This document shows positions 14,430 through 33,598 of a stretch of DNA of 64,000 bases, piece after piece. Source of the DNA: Chrysomallon squamiferum. Taxonomy: Eukaryota; Animalia; Mollusca. Location: contig CM022671.1 of assembly GCA_012295275.1 (NCBI GenBank), positions 5,518,001-5,582,000 on the forward strand, in the 5' to 3' direction. The position numbers and the translations under genes are program-made. Under the pieces are notes generated by a model that had not been told where the DNA came from, made no database searches, and was given only the letters and a program-made list of their open reading frames with translations. Position 1 is the stretch's first letter; every line of letters begins with the position of its first letter.

Positions 14430-15374
14430 TATGGTTGTATTTAATATTTAAAAATTGCTGAGACAATAAAGATTAAGTCATATTTTAGATCCAGATGATG
14501 GTGATTAAAAAATTAATAACAATAAATTTAAAAAAAAATGGTTGTATATATTCTCTAAACATTACTCGGACAATAAAGATTACGTCATATTATAGATCCT
14601 GGTCAAAGCGTGGTCGTAAATTAACATCTAAAAATTAACCAATCAGTAAATGTTATGTATCAAAATCATTGGTGGAATTGAAAAACTACGCGTGATCGTA
14701 AATTAATACGTCAGAATCAACAAGTAAATAAACATTACGTCATATTATTGTTCACAGTCATTGCTGATTTCTCAGTCCTTAATTTAACATCAGTTCATGA
14801 TTCCGAGTCACTGGATTGATCGTAAATGAATATTTAAAATTACAATAAACTTTATATGACGTCATTTTAAAGTTCTGGATTATATATGTAGCATAAACAG
14901 CAAAAGTGTTTCTGAATATTTAATCTGTAATAATATGCATTATAATTCACATGAAAATAGTTATAAAAAAAACAACAAAAAACATCATCTCTCACACATA
15001 CAAACACATGCTCATACACTCACAAGGCATAAAGACAAGACACATACACACACCATCACATGCACGCACACACACACACACACTCTCTCTCTCTCAAACA
15101 CAAACATATACACGTATATACACACACACACACACACTCTCTCAAACACAAACATATACACACAAACACATATATACACACACATACACACAGACGCATA
15201 ACTTCACACATACATCCTAACACACACATACATATAAAACATGCTCTCTCTCACACATACACATACACACACACACGCACAAACACACACCACGTACTAA
15301 TACTTACGATCGTACATAGAGTCTGCTCTTTGCAGAATGAAGACCAATACTATTACTGTAGCCAGGTTTGCCAT
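4506..15374 (-). CDS. Secreted alpha-carbonic anhydrase with long N-terminal low-complexity extension (gene model, 10 coding exons, ~587 aa)
   Basis: Exons 15308-15374, 13591-14265, 10415-10510, 9450-9509, 8761-8928, 7759-7901, 7001-7102, 6164-6224, 5123-5280, 4506-4739; all GT-AG with consistent phases (total 1764 nt). Motifs: WAY..W..YPTC.G.RQSPINI, NNGHT (His64), HFHW (His94/96), GSEH (Glu106), LEMHIV (His119), [14 protein letters not shown] (Thr199), DNYR.LQP. Signal peptide [19 protein letters not shown]. Confidence 0.9.
5123..5280 (-). CDS. Carbonic anhydrase exon 9
   Basis: [45 protein letters not shown]. Confidence 0.95.
5321..5655. repeat. 41-bp minisatellite, ~8 copies (carbonic anhydrase intron)
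   Basis: Unit GTCACCCATGATTTTAGTACCATCACCTTACCACAGCCATT recurring at 5321, 5362, 5403, 5444, 5485, 5526, 5568, 5609. Confidence 0.9.
6164..6224 (-). CDS. Carbonic anhydrase exon 8
   Basis: [20 protein letters not shown]; phase 0-1 bridging exons 7 and 9. Confidence 0.88.
7001..7102 (-). CDS. Carbonic anhydrase exon 7
   Basis: [34 protein letters not shown] (third zinc His, GLAV); donor GTGAGT. Confidence 0.93.
7140..7385. repeat. ~70-bp tandem repeat, ~3 copies
   Basis: CATTGATTACAA.ACACGACCTATAGGAATTTAATCTGAACGTAACCCATTGTTTTTAAAACAGAAA repeated. Confidence 0.85.
7759..7901 (-). CDS. Carbonic anhydrase exon 6
   Basis: [38 protein letters not shown] (two zinc-ligand His). Confidence 0.95.
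8761..8928 (-). CDS. Carbonic anhydrase exon 5
   Basis: [23 protein letters not shown]...MQNNGHT. Confidence 0.93.
9450..9509 (-). CDS. Carbonic anhydrase exon 4
   Basis: [20 protein letters not shown]; W-x-Y start of the alpha-CA domain; TTTCAG / GTAAAA. Confidence 0.85.
10415..10510 (-). CDS. Carbonic anhydrase exon 3 (linker)
   Basis: [31 protein letters not shown]; TTTTTAG acceptor, GTATGT donor, phase 1-1. Confidence 0.75.
11710..11950 (+). repeat. Dispersed repeat, composite copy (segment B then segment A)
   Basis: 11710-11815 matches 47292-47415 and the reverse complement of 22072-22140; 11855-11950 matches family A. Confidence 0.7.
11955..12695. repeat. Long compound (ATGT)n microsatellite
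   Basis: ~740 bp of TATG/TGAA/TACG units; source of several spurious ORFs. Confidence 0.95.
13591..14265 (-). CDS. Carbonic anhydrase exon 2 (N/Q/R/P-rich extension)
   Basis: GC-rich 675-nt open exon, acceptor TTTTCCAG, donor GTAAGC, phase 1-1; lies within ORF 13571..14314. Confidence 0.8.
15308..15374 (-). CDS. Carbonic anhydrase exon 1 (signal peptide)
   Basis: [22 protein letters not shown]; strong Kozak ACAATGG; donor GTAAGT, phase 1 matching next exon. Confidence 0.78.
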
Positions 15375-15444
15375 TGTCCCAACTCATTAAACTGCTCTCT
15401 GTAGAAACGCAACAGATTTTATATTCCTCAGACCAGTGCTTATA

Positions 15445-15670
15445 TTTTCTTGGAAATTCTGGAAACGCTTTCCTTGGAAATTCTGAAAACGTTTTCTTGG
15501 AAACTCTTGAAACGTTTTCTTAGAAACTCTGAAAAGATGGGGTTTTTTTTACGAAATTCTGAAAACGTTTTCTTGGAAACTCTGGAAACGTTTTCTTAGA
15601 AACTTTGAAAAGATTTTTTTTTTTTTTACGAAATTATGAAAACGTTGTCTTGGAACTCTAGAAAAGTTTT
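15445..15670. repeat. ~22-bp minisatellite
   Basis: TTTTCTTGGAAA(T/C)TCTG(G/A)AAACG repeated about 8 times with decay. Confidence 0.75.
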
Positions 15671-15879
15671 CAACTGGAAGCTAAAATTTGTTTCTTAGAA
15701 TTCCACCTGTCTTGTTGCCAGTCTGTTTTTGTTCCTGCACAAGGACTTTGAAGTCAGTACAATATTTTTGAGAAAAAAAAAGAGAAAAAAGTTTGGTTTT
15801 TTTCAGTTCAGAACAAGAATTTTCCTTGTAGGTACAAAATCTTGCGTAAAAACAGAAATCTCCGGTTTTCTGTAAAACC

Positions 15880-16055
15880 TATTTCACAGTTTAAGCATAG
15901 AGTATCTGACTATTGTCCGCAAACGTTATCTCACTTTTTTCGGCGAAAACTATCTCCAAACTGTCGGCAAAGGCTACCTCAGTTTTGTCGGCAAGGACTA
16001 TCCCGCAGTTTTCAGCAATGACTATCTCTCAACTGTCAGCAGTGGCTATTTCTGT
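15880..16055. repeat. Degenerate 24-bp tandem repeat
   Basis: ACTATCTC.CA.(T/C)TGTCGGCAA.G periodicity, giving the 8-aa periodic ORF 15913..16119. Confidence 0.65.
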
Positions 16056-17879
16056 CAACAAAGACTTAAACTACTTGCCGACACTGACTCAAGACTTTCT
16101 CCAGAACACTGAACAGTGATCCACAATCTTAAGTCAACTGGCGATTCTTTCTGAATGGATACAAATCTTCTTCGTTGTCTCTGCAGACAGAAAAACTCCC
16201 AGGACACTTGCTGACTTTCAAACCGGCATCCAGCCTCTCCCTGGTCACTTCTAACAAGCAGACGTCATTAGCGCGTGCACAGGCTAGAAGGCTGAAATAA
16301 ACACGTAAACACAGATTAATGTTGATGTTTACTGGATTACAGCCTCTGGTGATGAAAAAGTTAAAACTTAATCACGACGCCAAACAATTTACTTCTTTCT
16401 GTCACGCGTTTTCGTTTGAAGTTCCTCGCCTTATTAACGGGATGATGAATTTTACAGTCTTAATGAGAATAATTTAATATTTTTTATATATATATATATA
16501 AGTAGGGTCCCGCCCCTTGATTTTAAATCACACCATAAAAAAAAAAGATTTTTTTTAAGTTCTTTTTTTTATTTTGTTTTTATGTTTTTTTTAATAATAA
16601 AAAGACCGGTATATTCTTTGATAGGTTATTTAATATCACGTGACTCGTATGTAATCCGTCAAATTTACAACAGTTATTGTAAACTTTAAAGTCGTGAATA
16701 ATGCAGTATGTATGAAGAGGTGTAGAACGGTGGAGCCTGGGGGCGAATGAACTTGGATCACTTCGTTTTAAAACAATACACGTCTGCTTTTCATTCCAAA
16801 GAAATCTATAACTTAATACGTGAAGTCAGCGATTTTTTCTTCACCTTCGTTTGCCTTTAAAAAAAATTTCATCACGTTCATTTCGATTAGTACTTATGAC
16901 TGATGGATACAACGATGAATGAATGAATGAATGAATGAACAAATTAATGAATGAATGAATGAATGAACAAATGAATGAATGAATGAATGAATGAATGAAT
17001 GAATGAATGAATGAATAAATGAATGAATGAATAAAAGAATGAACGAACGAACGAATGAATATTTGTTTAACAGTTTTATATAATGATTTTACGAGAAAGG
17101 AGAAAAAAAGAGAAATACCTTTAAAATAATACAGTGCGAGCGTGCGTGCGTGCGTGCGTGCGTGCGTATGGATACATCCTTGGTTACCAGCGAAGGAAAA
17201 CATATTCTGAATATTGTAACCTATGCAGTTATGACATAACAGACTACAGAAAAACGTTAAAACTGGCGTAAAACAAATGAATGAAAACGACTGAAGTGGA
17301 AAATGACTCAGTCTTTAACTGAGACAAATATGTTTGATTCTGTCTATGAGAAAAAAAAAACTCAGATTAGTTCTGATCATTGATGACGATATAAAAGTTA
17401 TTAAATCTTTATCACAGTTCCCGTATCTGTCAACATATAATTTATTTTTATTTATTATTTCAAGCGTACAGATAACGTTTTTAGAAAAGAAATGACGTCA
17501 TGAATACAAATAAAATAAAACAAAATAAAATAAAATAAAACAAAATAAATAAATAAGGCGAACAGATTATCATGTCGTCATACTCTATAATTTGCAACAA
17601 ATTTAATAACCGAAATGATTCAGTGTTATTACACTTTATTAGCAGCAAAGGTTGGTAAGCGGTTACCACCTACGTCGCGTGTAAATGAACGTAGCGTATT
17701 ACGTTCGGTGTGTGTAAATGTCACGTAGAAATGAGATTAACTCGAGTTACGTGATGATCGCGGCGCAAAGAATGTGTGACATAACGGCAGTGATTCATCG
17801 CTTCATACAAACGTCAGTGGGAAGCTGATTTGATAAGACGAAGTCACAGAATTGATTGTTTGTAACAAGCTGCTGTAGG

Positions 17880-18056
17880 AACAGTACGCACGGCCATTGA
17901 GGCGCAAAGGATGCGAGGATCAGTTCTCGACCACGTACCAGTTGGGGGTACTTCCGGAGATAGGCGCTTTCGCTGAATTGTGTATTAAAGGCCATGGTAT
18001 GTGCTGCCGTGTACAAAGGAAGAGATGCACAAATGATGTATTGTTGTTAATAGGAG
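17880..18056 (+). mobile_element. Possible decayed tRNA-derived SINE (Meta-domain-like)
   Basis: TGTATTAAAGGCCATGGTATGTGCTG...TTGTTGTTAATAGGA resembles, from memory, the central domain of molluscan MetaSINEs; not verified by search. Confidence 0.35.
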
Positions 18057-19078
18057 AAAATGAAGATAAAGAAGAAGAAAATAAGAAATAAAGAAAAAGA
18101 AAAAGAAGAAGAAGAAGAAAAAGGATGAAGAAAAAGAAAAGAAGAAGAAGAAATAAAAGATGAAAAGAAAAAGATGAATAAAAAGAAGAAATGAAAAAAG
18201 AAGAAAAGGAAAAGAAGAAATGAAAAAAGAAGAAGAAAAAGAAAAAGAAGAAGAAATAAAAGAAGAAGAAAAATAAGAAGAAAAAGAAGAAGATCGGCAA
18301 TACAGATTGCGTCATTCTTATCCTACTTATGAAAACAACAAGAGTTACAGTTAATAATAAATATTTAATATTAAAAATGTGTTATGGTTTATTTATATGT
18401 TGGTTTATTCATTCATTTGTACGTCCGTTTGTTCGTTCATTCATTTATACTAATGTTTGTTCTTTCGATTTTTCATTAAAGTATTCATTCGTTCTTTTTT
18501 CATTTCTTTTATTTACTCGTTATTTTTTATTTTTTTCGTTCCTTAACTTTTTCGCTAGGCGTTTCGTTCTTTCATTAATTCGTTCATTCATACGTTCGTT
18601 CATTCGTTCATTTATTCATATCTTAAATCATTTAAAATAAATAAAATTAAATACTGGCTTCATATTTGATCAAAATTAGTAAATGAAAATTAAAAAAAAA
18701 AAAATGCATTTGAAATCAGCTACTGTTTCTACAATCTGCGAACGAGAACTGTTGTTTGTCTTCGAAACATAATATTTCAACATGCGAATACGTATACGAG
18801 TAATGCTTTGATTACTTATTCGTGACTCTTTCTAATCTTTCGTAGCGTTATATGAAAGAGAGAAACATTTTAACTAGTACCAGTCCTTGTTTAAACATGT
18901 TGTGATCCTGTTTACTTATATGTTGTGAAAACATATATATTGTATATATATAAAATAAAGTTAGTTGCAACATATATACATACACACATACACTTTTATA
19001 TATACAACACAAAACGTAATACAAAATAAAATATTTCAGTTGATTTTCTTGATCATAAAGTAAGTAAAATAAAATAAA

Positions 19079-19147
<69 letters not shown>

Positions 19148-19148
<1 letters not shown>

Positions 19149-19320
19149 GTATGAAAAAGGTTCCTCAATAATCGAGGGTAATCATCGATTCCCACGAAGC
19201 ACGTAGTTCTTTTTGTCTTTTGTAATTTTTGAATGCATTTTATTTAGTGGGAAACCTGGCTCTGGCAAGTATGTGTTTAGGAATGAATATTCAAACAAAC
19301 GATAAGAATCAAACAAAGAA
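19148..19320 (+). repeat. Dispersed repeat family A, copy
   Basis: Core ATAATCGAGGGTAATCATCG...CACGAAGCACGT.GTTCTT shared with 23469-23647 and 11855-11950. Confidence 0.8.
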
Positions 19321-19422
19321 TAGACAAACAAAATAAATAAATAAATAAATAAATAAATAAAATAAAATAATTTAAAATAAAATAAATAAAAATAAAATAA
19401 AATAAATGAATGAATGAATGAA

Positions 19423-19465
<43 letters not shown>

Positions 19466-20224
19466 AAATAAAAATCAAATAAAATAAATAAATAAATAAA
19501 ACAAAATAAAATAAAATAAAATAAAATAACAAAAATAAAATAAAACAAAACAAAATAAAATAACAAAAATAAAATAAAACAAAACAAAATAAAAAGGAAA
19601 CAGTGGCACTATCAGTTTTTACACTAATGAAGACATAAATATTCATGAACGTATATTTATCGCATAACATAAATATAAAAGCTGATAAATTTTTCACGCA
19701 TAAATGACCATATTTATTAAAAAATAATAATAAAAACGCTTATCAGCTTTTCCCTATATCCCCTGGCCAAAACATGTGAACCGATACTCCCATGTACACC
19801 ATCCAACAGCTATAAAAATATTTTATATATATATTTTTTTGATTTATTGACAGAATAAGCAAAATTCATTCATGACGACAGTTCAGTTTTTTTTATTTTT
19901 GCTAAAACGCGTTATACGCTCATTCAACAAAAAGCCATCATTACTGTGTTGTTAATGCTGAAGAATAAACTTGTTACGTACCTTTTAGCGTCATGTTCAA
20001 AAAGTCGTATCAGAGATCGCGTAAAATCCCTGGCACGAAGTGGTCCACCTCTCGCACGACGTCGTTGTGTGGGGCACGCTAGAACGACTCGGATGAAACG
20101 TCACGCGGGATGATGGATGGATGTCACAGCGAGAGAGAAAAACAGATAGCCTAGCAGTGGTTAGAGCTTTCAGAAAAAACCCTCTCCAGACGAGTCAATT
20201 CTAGCACCCCAGTCTCGGGTTAAA

Positions 20225-21225
<1,001 letters not shown>

Positions 21226-21952
21226 TTGTCCTTATTCTAATTTTCTCTTTTTTTTTTTTTTTTCATTTTCATTTTTTTTTTTTTTTGTTCTTCTGTCTTT
21301 TACAAATCTGACCTCTGTGTAGGCCAAGCTGTTGTAGATAATGGATTATCCAACGAACAAAATGAAAGCAGTAGATAATTGGCTGACAGCTAGCTGTCAA
21401 CACGTGACCTGATTACGTAACAGTTCACACCGAGTCCCTGTCTCTTTCACGACTAGAATATTGTCAGGTGATCTGAAAGACATGATTAAGTTATTGCTTT
21501 TTTTTCTTTCTTTTTTTTTTTTTTTTTTTTTCCCTAGTTTTTGATGTTCACCAGATCCCAAACTGAAGTAAGGACCTTTGTTGAAATCGAGCAAATAATC
21601 ACACCTACACGCACGCACGCACGCACACACACACACACTTACACAGTTACACAGTATACACACGCATGGATTTAAGTACACACAGACCTCCGTATATACA
21701 TATATATATAAACCGAAACCAGAACATACATACATATCCATGTATATATATCCAAAAGTACATTCATACAAATGTATATAATATGTAGACATACACACAC
21801 AATTTCCTGATTTAAAACAAAAGGACATTTCAAAATCCCACTTAACCCCGATAAACATTTAAAAAATGTCTTAAGCCCTACGGGTTTTAACTGAAATTGC
21901 CCAGTTAACAACATTTTATAATGAATGTGAAGCAAATATCCCATTTCACCTG

Positions 21953-22041
<89 letters not shown>

Positions 22042-22071
22042 AATTGTCTTGATGGCAGAACGGTAAAACTG

Positions 22072-22140
22072 TCCTGAATATTGTCTATGTGCAGAATCTA
22101 ATCAGACGTACATTAGCAAGAGACTATTCAAAATCCTAAA
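22072..22140 (-). repeat. Dispersed repeat segment B, inverted partial copy
   Basis: Reverse complement reads TTTAGGATTTTGAATAG...GTCTGATTAGATTCTGCACATAGACAATATTCAGG. Confidence 0.65.
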
Positions 22141-22714
22141 ATACATACGTATGTAACTCTCTTACCAACAGTCATACACATTAATTTAGATTTGTTGTTC
22201 GGAAAGTATTATCGAGCTAAGCCAATAGCTGAAGAGTTACGTTTGACGTAATAGCGATACGCATAAATTAATGAGTACAAGCTGTGACTTTGTTGAACTG
22301 AACGAGACGATAATTCAGAGAGGACATTAAATGTGGTATAATTATTACTGGTATTTACCTGTGCATGCACAACTAGAAACACCCGCAGCTGTAACTAACA
22401 GTAAGAAGGTTTAAGTCGTATTAGCATGCGATTCAGGCTCTTCATTGTTAGAGCACAAATACTTAACCACGTGACAGGTTTATACACACGTACAGCATAA
22501 ATCACACAAAAGTATAAATCACGTACATAAATTCATTCAAGGTACAATAATAAAGACATCTATCCTAAAAAACAAATAAACAAATAAATAAATAAATAAA
22601 TAAATAAATACACATATATACACACAAACACACAACACATATACACATATACATACACACACGTATACATAAAACACACACACATATACATACAAACACA
22701 CAAATACACACACG

Positions 22715-22748
<34 letters not shown>

Positions 22749-23434
22749 AATAGATAACACACACATACATAACATATATATATATAAATACATACATACA
22801 TACATACATACATATACATATACACATAAATACATACATACACACATACATACATACATATATACACATACATACACACACACACACATACAAACACATA
22901 CATACATATACATATACACATATACAAACATACATATATATAAACATACATACATATACACACACATATACATACACACACATACATACATACATACATA
23001 CATACACACATACATACATACATACATACATACATACATACATACATACATACATTCACAGACAAATACAGCGATGTAATTTACATTCCTACAGCTGCAT
23101 ATGAACACGCGTGCACCCATTGGCTTCAGATTCCCGAACGCACCTTGGTATGAACTCACTTTTTTTATTTATTTATTTTTTTATTCTGTACTTTTTTCAT
23201 AATTTAAATATTAAAAAACAAAATCAAGCCTGAATCCGGGGCGCTAAGGTTTCGTACTCAATTAGCTAGTTAATAATATTCAAGTTTACGTTTCAAAATA
23301 GAAACAAAAATGCAATAAAAATTCGTTTTTTCCTGTCTGTGCCTGCAGCTACTCTTATCAAGTAAGATGCTTTCAGCATAACGATGTTATCATTTTTAAT
23401 GTTTGTATCTGTGGATGTGTGTGTGTGTGTGTGT

Positions 23435-23468
<34 letters not shown>

Positions 23469-23472
<4 letters not shown>

Positions 23473-23647
23473 ATGAAAAAGATTGCTGAATAATCGAGGG
23501 TAATCATCGCTTTTCACGAAGCACGTCGTTCTTTTTGTCTTTCGTCATTTTTGAATGTATTTTATTTATTGGGAAACCTTGGTACTGGTAAGTAATTGTT
23601 TAGGAATGAATATTCAAACAAACAACAATAACAGTCAAACAAAGAAT
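23469..23647 (+). repeat. Dispersed repeat family A, copy
   Basis: Colinear with 19148-19320; both preceded by (GT)n and followed by (AAAT)n. Confidence 0.8.
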
Positions 23648-23661
23648 AAAGATAATAAAGA

Positions 23662-23712
<51 letters not shown>

Positions 23713-23753
23713 AATAAATAAATAAATAAATAAAATAAAATAAATAAATAAAT

Positions 23754-23785
<32 letters not shown>

Positions 23786-24275
23786 TAAAAAAAAAAATAA
23801 AATAAAATAAAAAAAAAAAAAAAAAAAAATCAAAAATAAATAAAAATAAAATAAATAAAATAAAAAAATAAAATAAAAATAAATAAATAAATAAAAAAAT
23901 AAAAAATAAAATCAATAAATCGATAAATAAATAAAATAAATAAAATAAAAAAATAAATAAATAAATAAATAAAATAAAATAAAATAAAATCCAAAGAAAT
24001 GTTACAAGAAATGTTTGTTGTAGACACTGTGACATAAATTTTTATTATAAGCTAAGTATTAATTAATGTAAATTACTGACAGTTAAGTCTAGAATTGATT
24101 ACATACAAGCTTTTTATCCCATTTCTAGAAAACCGTAACACAGAGAGAGAATACTTCGAGAGAAAGAAAGAGACTAAAATACGAATAAAAAGACACTGAA
24201 AAGAGAATGAGAAGGACAGATAGAGAGACAAAATACAATGAGTCGTAGAGTCAGAGAGAAAGAGAGAGAGATTGA

Positions 24276-24378
<103 letters not shown>

Positions 24379-24933
24379 AAAGAAAGAGATAAAGAAAGAG
24401 AAAGAGAGATAGAGAGACAAAATACAGTAAGTCGTATAGTCAGAGAGAGAGAGACAGACAGAGACACACAGAGAGAGAGAAAGAGAAAGAGAGATAGATA
24501 GAGAGATAAAGAAAGAGAGAGAGAAAGAGAGAGAAAGAGAGACAGATAAAGAGAGAGAGAAAGAAAGAGAAAAAGAGGGAGCAGGAGGAGAAGACAAAAA
24601 GAGAGGAAGAAGAAGAAGAAGATGAAGACGAGAAAGAAGAAGAAGTAAAAATGTCGACTCGGCAGTTTCAGAGATTACTTAGTGAAATGATGAATGGTTT
24701 TTGCCCGCAGACTGACGTGCGGTTTCACTGAAGTTGTGTTTTAATCACTCGTGTCTCACTTTCCACTGCCAACCACTCAAACAGCAACACGTTACACAAG
24801 TTACACGCACTTGCATAGTGTCGAGTTTAAAACAGAATTAGATATAAATTAAAATATTTATTTTTGCTGTTGTTACTGTTGTTGTTGTCATCGTTCTTCT
24901 TCTTCTTCTTTTCTTCTTCTTCTTCTTCTTCTT

Positions 24934-24964
<31 letters not shown>

Positions 24965-25829
24965 TTATTATTATAATTATTATTATTGACTTTATTATTA
25001 CTGCTGTCGTTGTTGTTGCTGTTGCTACTGTTGTTATAGTGATATGTAAACAAGTACCAAAGATATTGTTAATGTTGAGTAATGAACTAACAGAAAGAAA
25101 GACAGACATACAGACAGACAAAGATATATAGATAGACAGATGAATAGATAGATAGATGGATAGATAGACAGACAGACAGACAGAAAAAATAGCTAATAAT
25201 TAAAACGATAAATGATTAAAAAATAAAAGTAATAAAATAAGGAAATTATACGTTGTAAAAAAAAACAAGTGAATATCCATCCATCTGCTTCCATTATAAT
25301 TTTTATTAAAACAAACAAACAGACGACACACTAACCAATAATTCGTTGTTAGAAAATATACATATTGCACTGAATCCAATGGAAATGAAATATATTATTT
25401 ATGTACCCAGTTCATATAGCATTCTATAGCAAACATTCTGTATAAGTGTAGTATTTTAATCATTTTCAAGTTGTTGTTATAGACTTAATTCACAGGATGA
25501 TTCTTAGCTTGATAATTTATACAACTTCAGTACAAAACTATATATATATAAATAAACGTTATTAATTTTGGATACAGCATATGTTAGTATGTAGATTATG
25601 CATAGTTTAGAATATAATAATAATTTAAAAAAAAAAAAATAGAAAAAAATAAATAAAGAAAACACATACACATAATAATAAATAATAACAACGATAAATA
25701 ATTTTTCTAAGATACAAATTAAAATTCATTTTCGTAAAATCGCATTTTAGTTTTAGTACAACGTCTACGTAGCCGAGTTTTTTAAGTTCAGTTTTAATAA
25801 ATTACTTTTTAACAAACAAAAAACTTTCT

Positions 25830-31126
<5,297 letters not shown>

Positions 31127-31144
31127 GACGATCGGAAAAGACAT

Positions 31145-31185
31145 TAATCTGAAAATCTTTTCTTTCTCCCGCTATAAATATAAAG
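31145..31185 (-). promoter_or_regulatory. Putative TATA/Inr core promoter of the VWA gene
   Basis: Minus strand TATATTTATAG about 30 nt upstream of an Inr-like TTCAGATT (~31150), which is 24 nt before the ATG. Confidence 0.5.
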
Positions 31186-32213
31186 CTTGAGGAGTTATCT
31201 TGCTTTAATATCAGCAATTTCGTGATCAAATAACCTTTGATTAACGTCGGTTATTTTGTCATTACGTATGTCAGCCAGTTAGGATTAATCATATTTATTT
31301 TCTGTGTCATTGTTTGTATTTAACACCGCTGTGGTATTTCCCGGTGCCAACGTAGGTCGCTCCATAATGACTGCGCACCCACATAATTAGCCGACATTAA
31401 GCAACTGATGGTAATACGATTTAACGCATAATAGCTAGTCTGTTTTCGTAGTCTGCTTATTTTCACATGCTTTTGAAAAGGAGGGGCTTTCCAAATGAGG
31501 TTTAAACTTCAGAAAAATGGCTGTGTTTTTGACATTAAGTGTAAGTGATCTTTCAAAGTGTTGTTATTTAGTTGTTTGAGTGCAGGAAAGAATCAATTTC
31601 TTCAAAATATAAATAATAATGATAGTAATAATTCAAAAATCAAAATCAAAACGAAGGCTTAAAAAGTAAAGATTAAAATGGAACGAAGCCAGAATTGTAA
31701 ATTATTTGTTAGGAAGCCAAATGACTTTTTCTTTTCTTTTTTTCTTTTACTTTTTTTTTTTTTTTTTTTTTTTTGCTTTTTTTGTTGTTGTTTTTTCCCC
31801 TTAAACAAAATCCTTGAACTTTTACAGGAATGAATGTCTGTTATATTAATTCCCTTCATGCTTGGCAGAAAAACTGTTTGTGTCTTCATTGTTGTGTAAA
31901 AGTTGAAGTAATTTATGCAGAAAAAAATTCACTTGACGATTTTATATTATAAACGTACATGTTCAGAAAATATCCTGTTATTTTTTAATGTTGTTGTTTC
32001 CTTCTTATTTGTTTATTTATTTTTTTCTGAAGAATAAGCGATGAATTTAAATTAACGAGGATAAAACAGGCTTTTTTCGTATTTCTCTCACATTTTTTAA
32101 TTCTCGGTCTCAATAATTCTTTCATTCCTTGTCTGTCTACATACTATCACAAATAGTAGTGTCACTGATTTTCATTCAACAATCCATTATGCCTTTGTTT
32201 TATATATATATAT

Positions 32214-32260
<47 letters not shown>

Positions 32261-32403
32261 TATATATCTATATATATATGTATGTATGTATGTACACACA
32301 CTCAGACACACACACACACATACACTCTTTCTCACCCACACATTGTACAGAATTATGTTTGTATGTCTGTGTGTCTGTATATGTGTGTAATTATATATAT
32401 ATA

Positions 32404-32439
<36 letters not shown>

Positions 32440-32704
32440 TATTTATGTATGTATGCACACAATCAAACACATATGCGGTACAGAATTAGATTTGTGTGTC
32501 TGTGTGTGTCTGTACATTTTCTATCTGTTTTCACCTATTTTCGTTACCGATTCATTCTCAGTGATGTTCGTGAACAAATAAACGCGAAGAGCGTGATTCT
32601 GTTGAACGTTTTATTTCTGAAAACTAATGGTTTAACAATGATTACATCCTGGTATTTATATCACTGAATAACACGCCCAACTACTCTATACATGAACTAC
32701 GATG

Positions 32705-33330
32705 AGTACAACGTAACCACGTGGTTACCAAATGGTACAGAGTGTGCCATGAGTACATTGTAACAAGACTATGAAAAATGTAACCAAAATATAAACATCA
32801 ACATTAACTAACAAATAATATATATATATATATATATATATACTGTTATCAAACGGTAAAATGAATAATAATAATAAACGGTAAAATGAATAATAATAAA
32901 AAAAATAAAAACAATGGTAATTTACGTATATTGTAACCATGGTAATATGCAAAATGTTAATTTCAGGTGGCAGTTTTCAGTAGATATGGTAAATAGAATT
33001 TTAAATAATGTAATCAAATGTTAACTGTATGGTAAGCTGTAACAGGAATAACGTAACCAATATGTCAGTTGAAATACTTTGCAACCAAGAATTATCAACT
33101 GATACATATAATAACGTAACCATGTTGTGAATTATAAATATTTTGTAACCAGTTATTTTTTAGATGTTACAAGTATAACGTAACCACGTGGTGAATTGTA
33201 GATACTCTGTAACCAAAGATTAACTGATTAATTTGTCGTAACCACAGGGTAAATGCTTTCAAAAGAATATAAAGGAGATCGTGAGAACTGTAACGTAACC
33301 AGATGAATTACTAATACTTTGCAACCAAAT
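32705..33330. repeat. Decayed ~60-bp tandem repeat with AACGTAACCA core
   Basis: AACGTAACCA / TGTAACCA recur (for example ~33050, ~33113, ~33177, ~33292). Confidence 0.6.
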
Positions 33331-33481
33331 AGTAAATGATATTTGAGCTGATATGGCTGAAATGGAGTAAGTGTTTGATAATTTAAAACGAATGACTAAC
33401 GGTAGCCGAATGTTAATGACTTCTAATTATAAGATGAACGTGACTTTGGAATTAATCACTTTAACCTTGCAGATAAATTAA

Positions 33482-33598
<117 letters not shown>

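Noticed and set aside
15913-16119. 68-aa ORF with 8-residue periodicity
   Set aside because: Product of a degenerate 24-bp minisatellite; non-ATG start and no splice support
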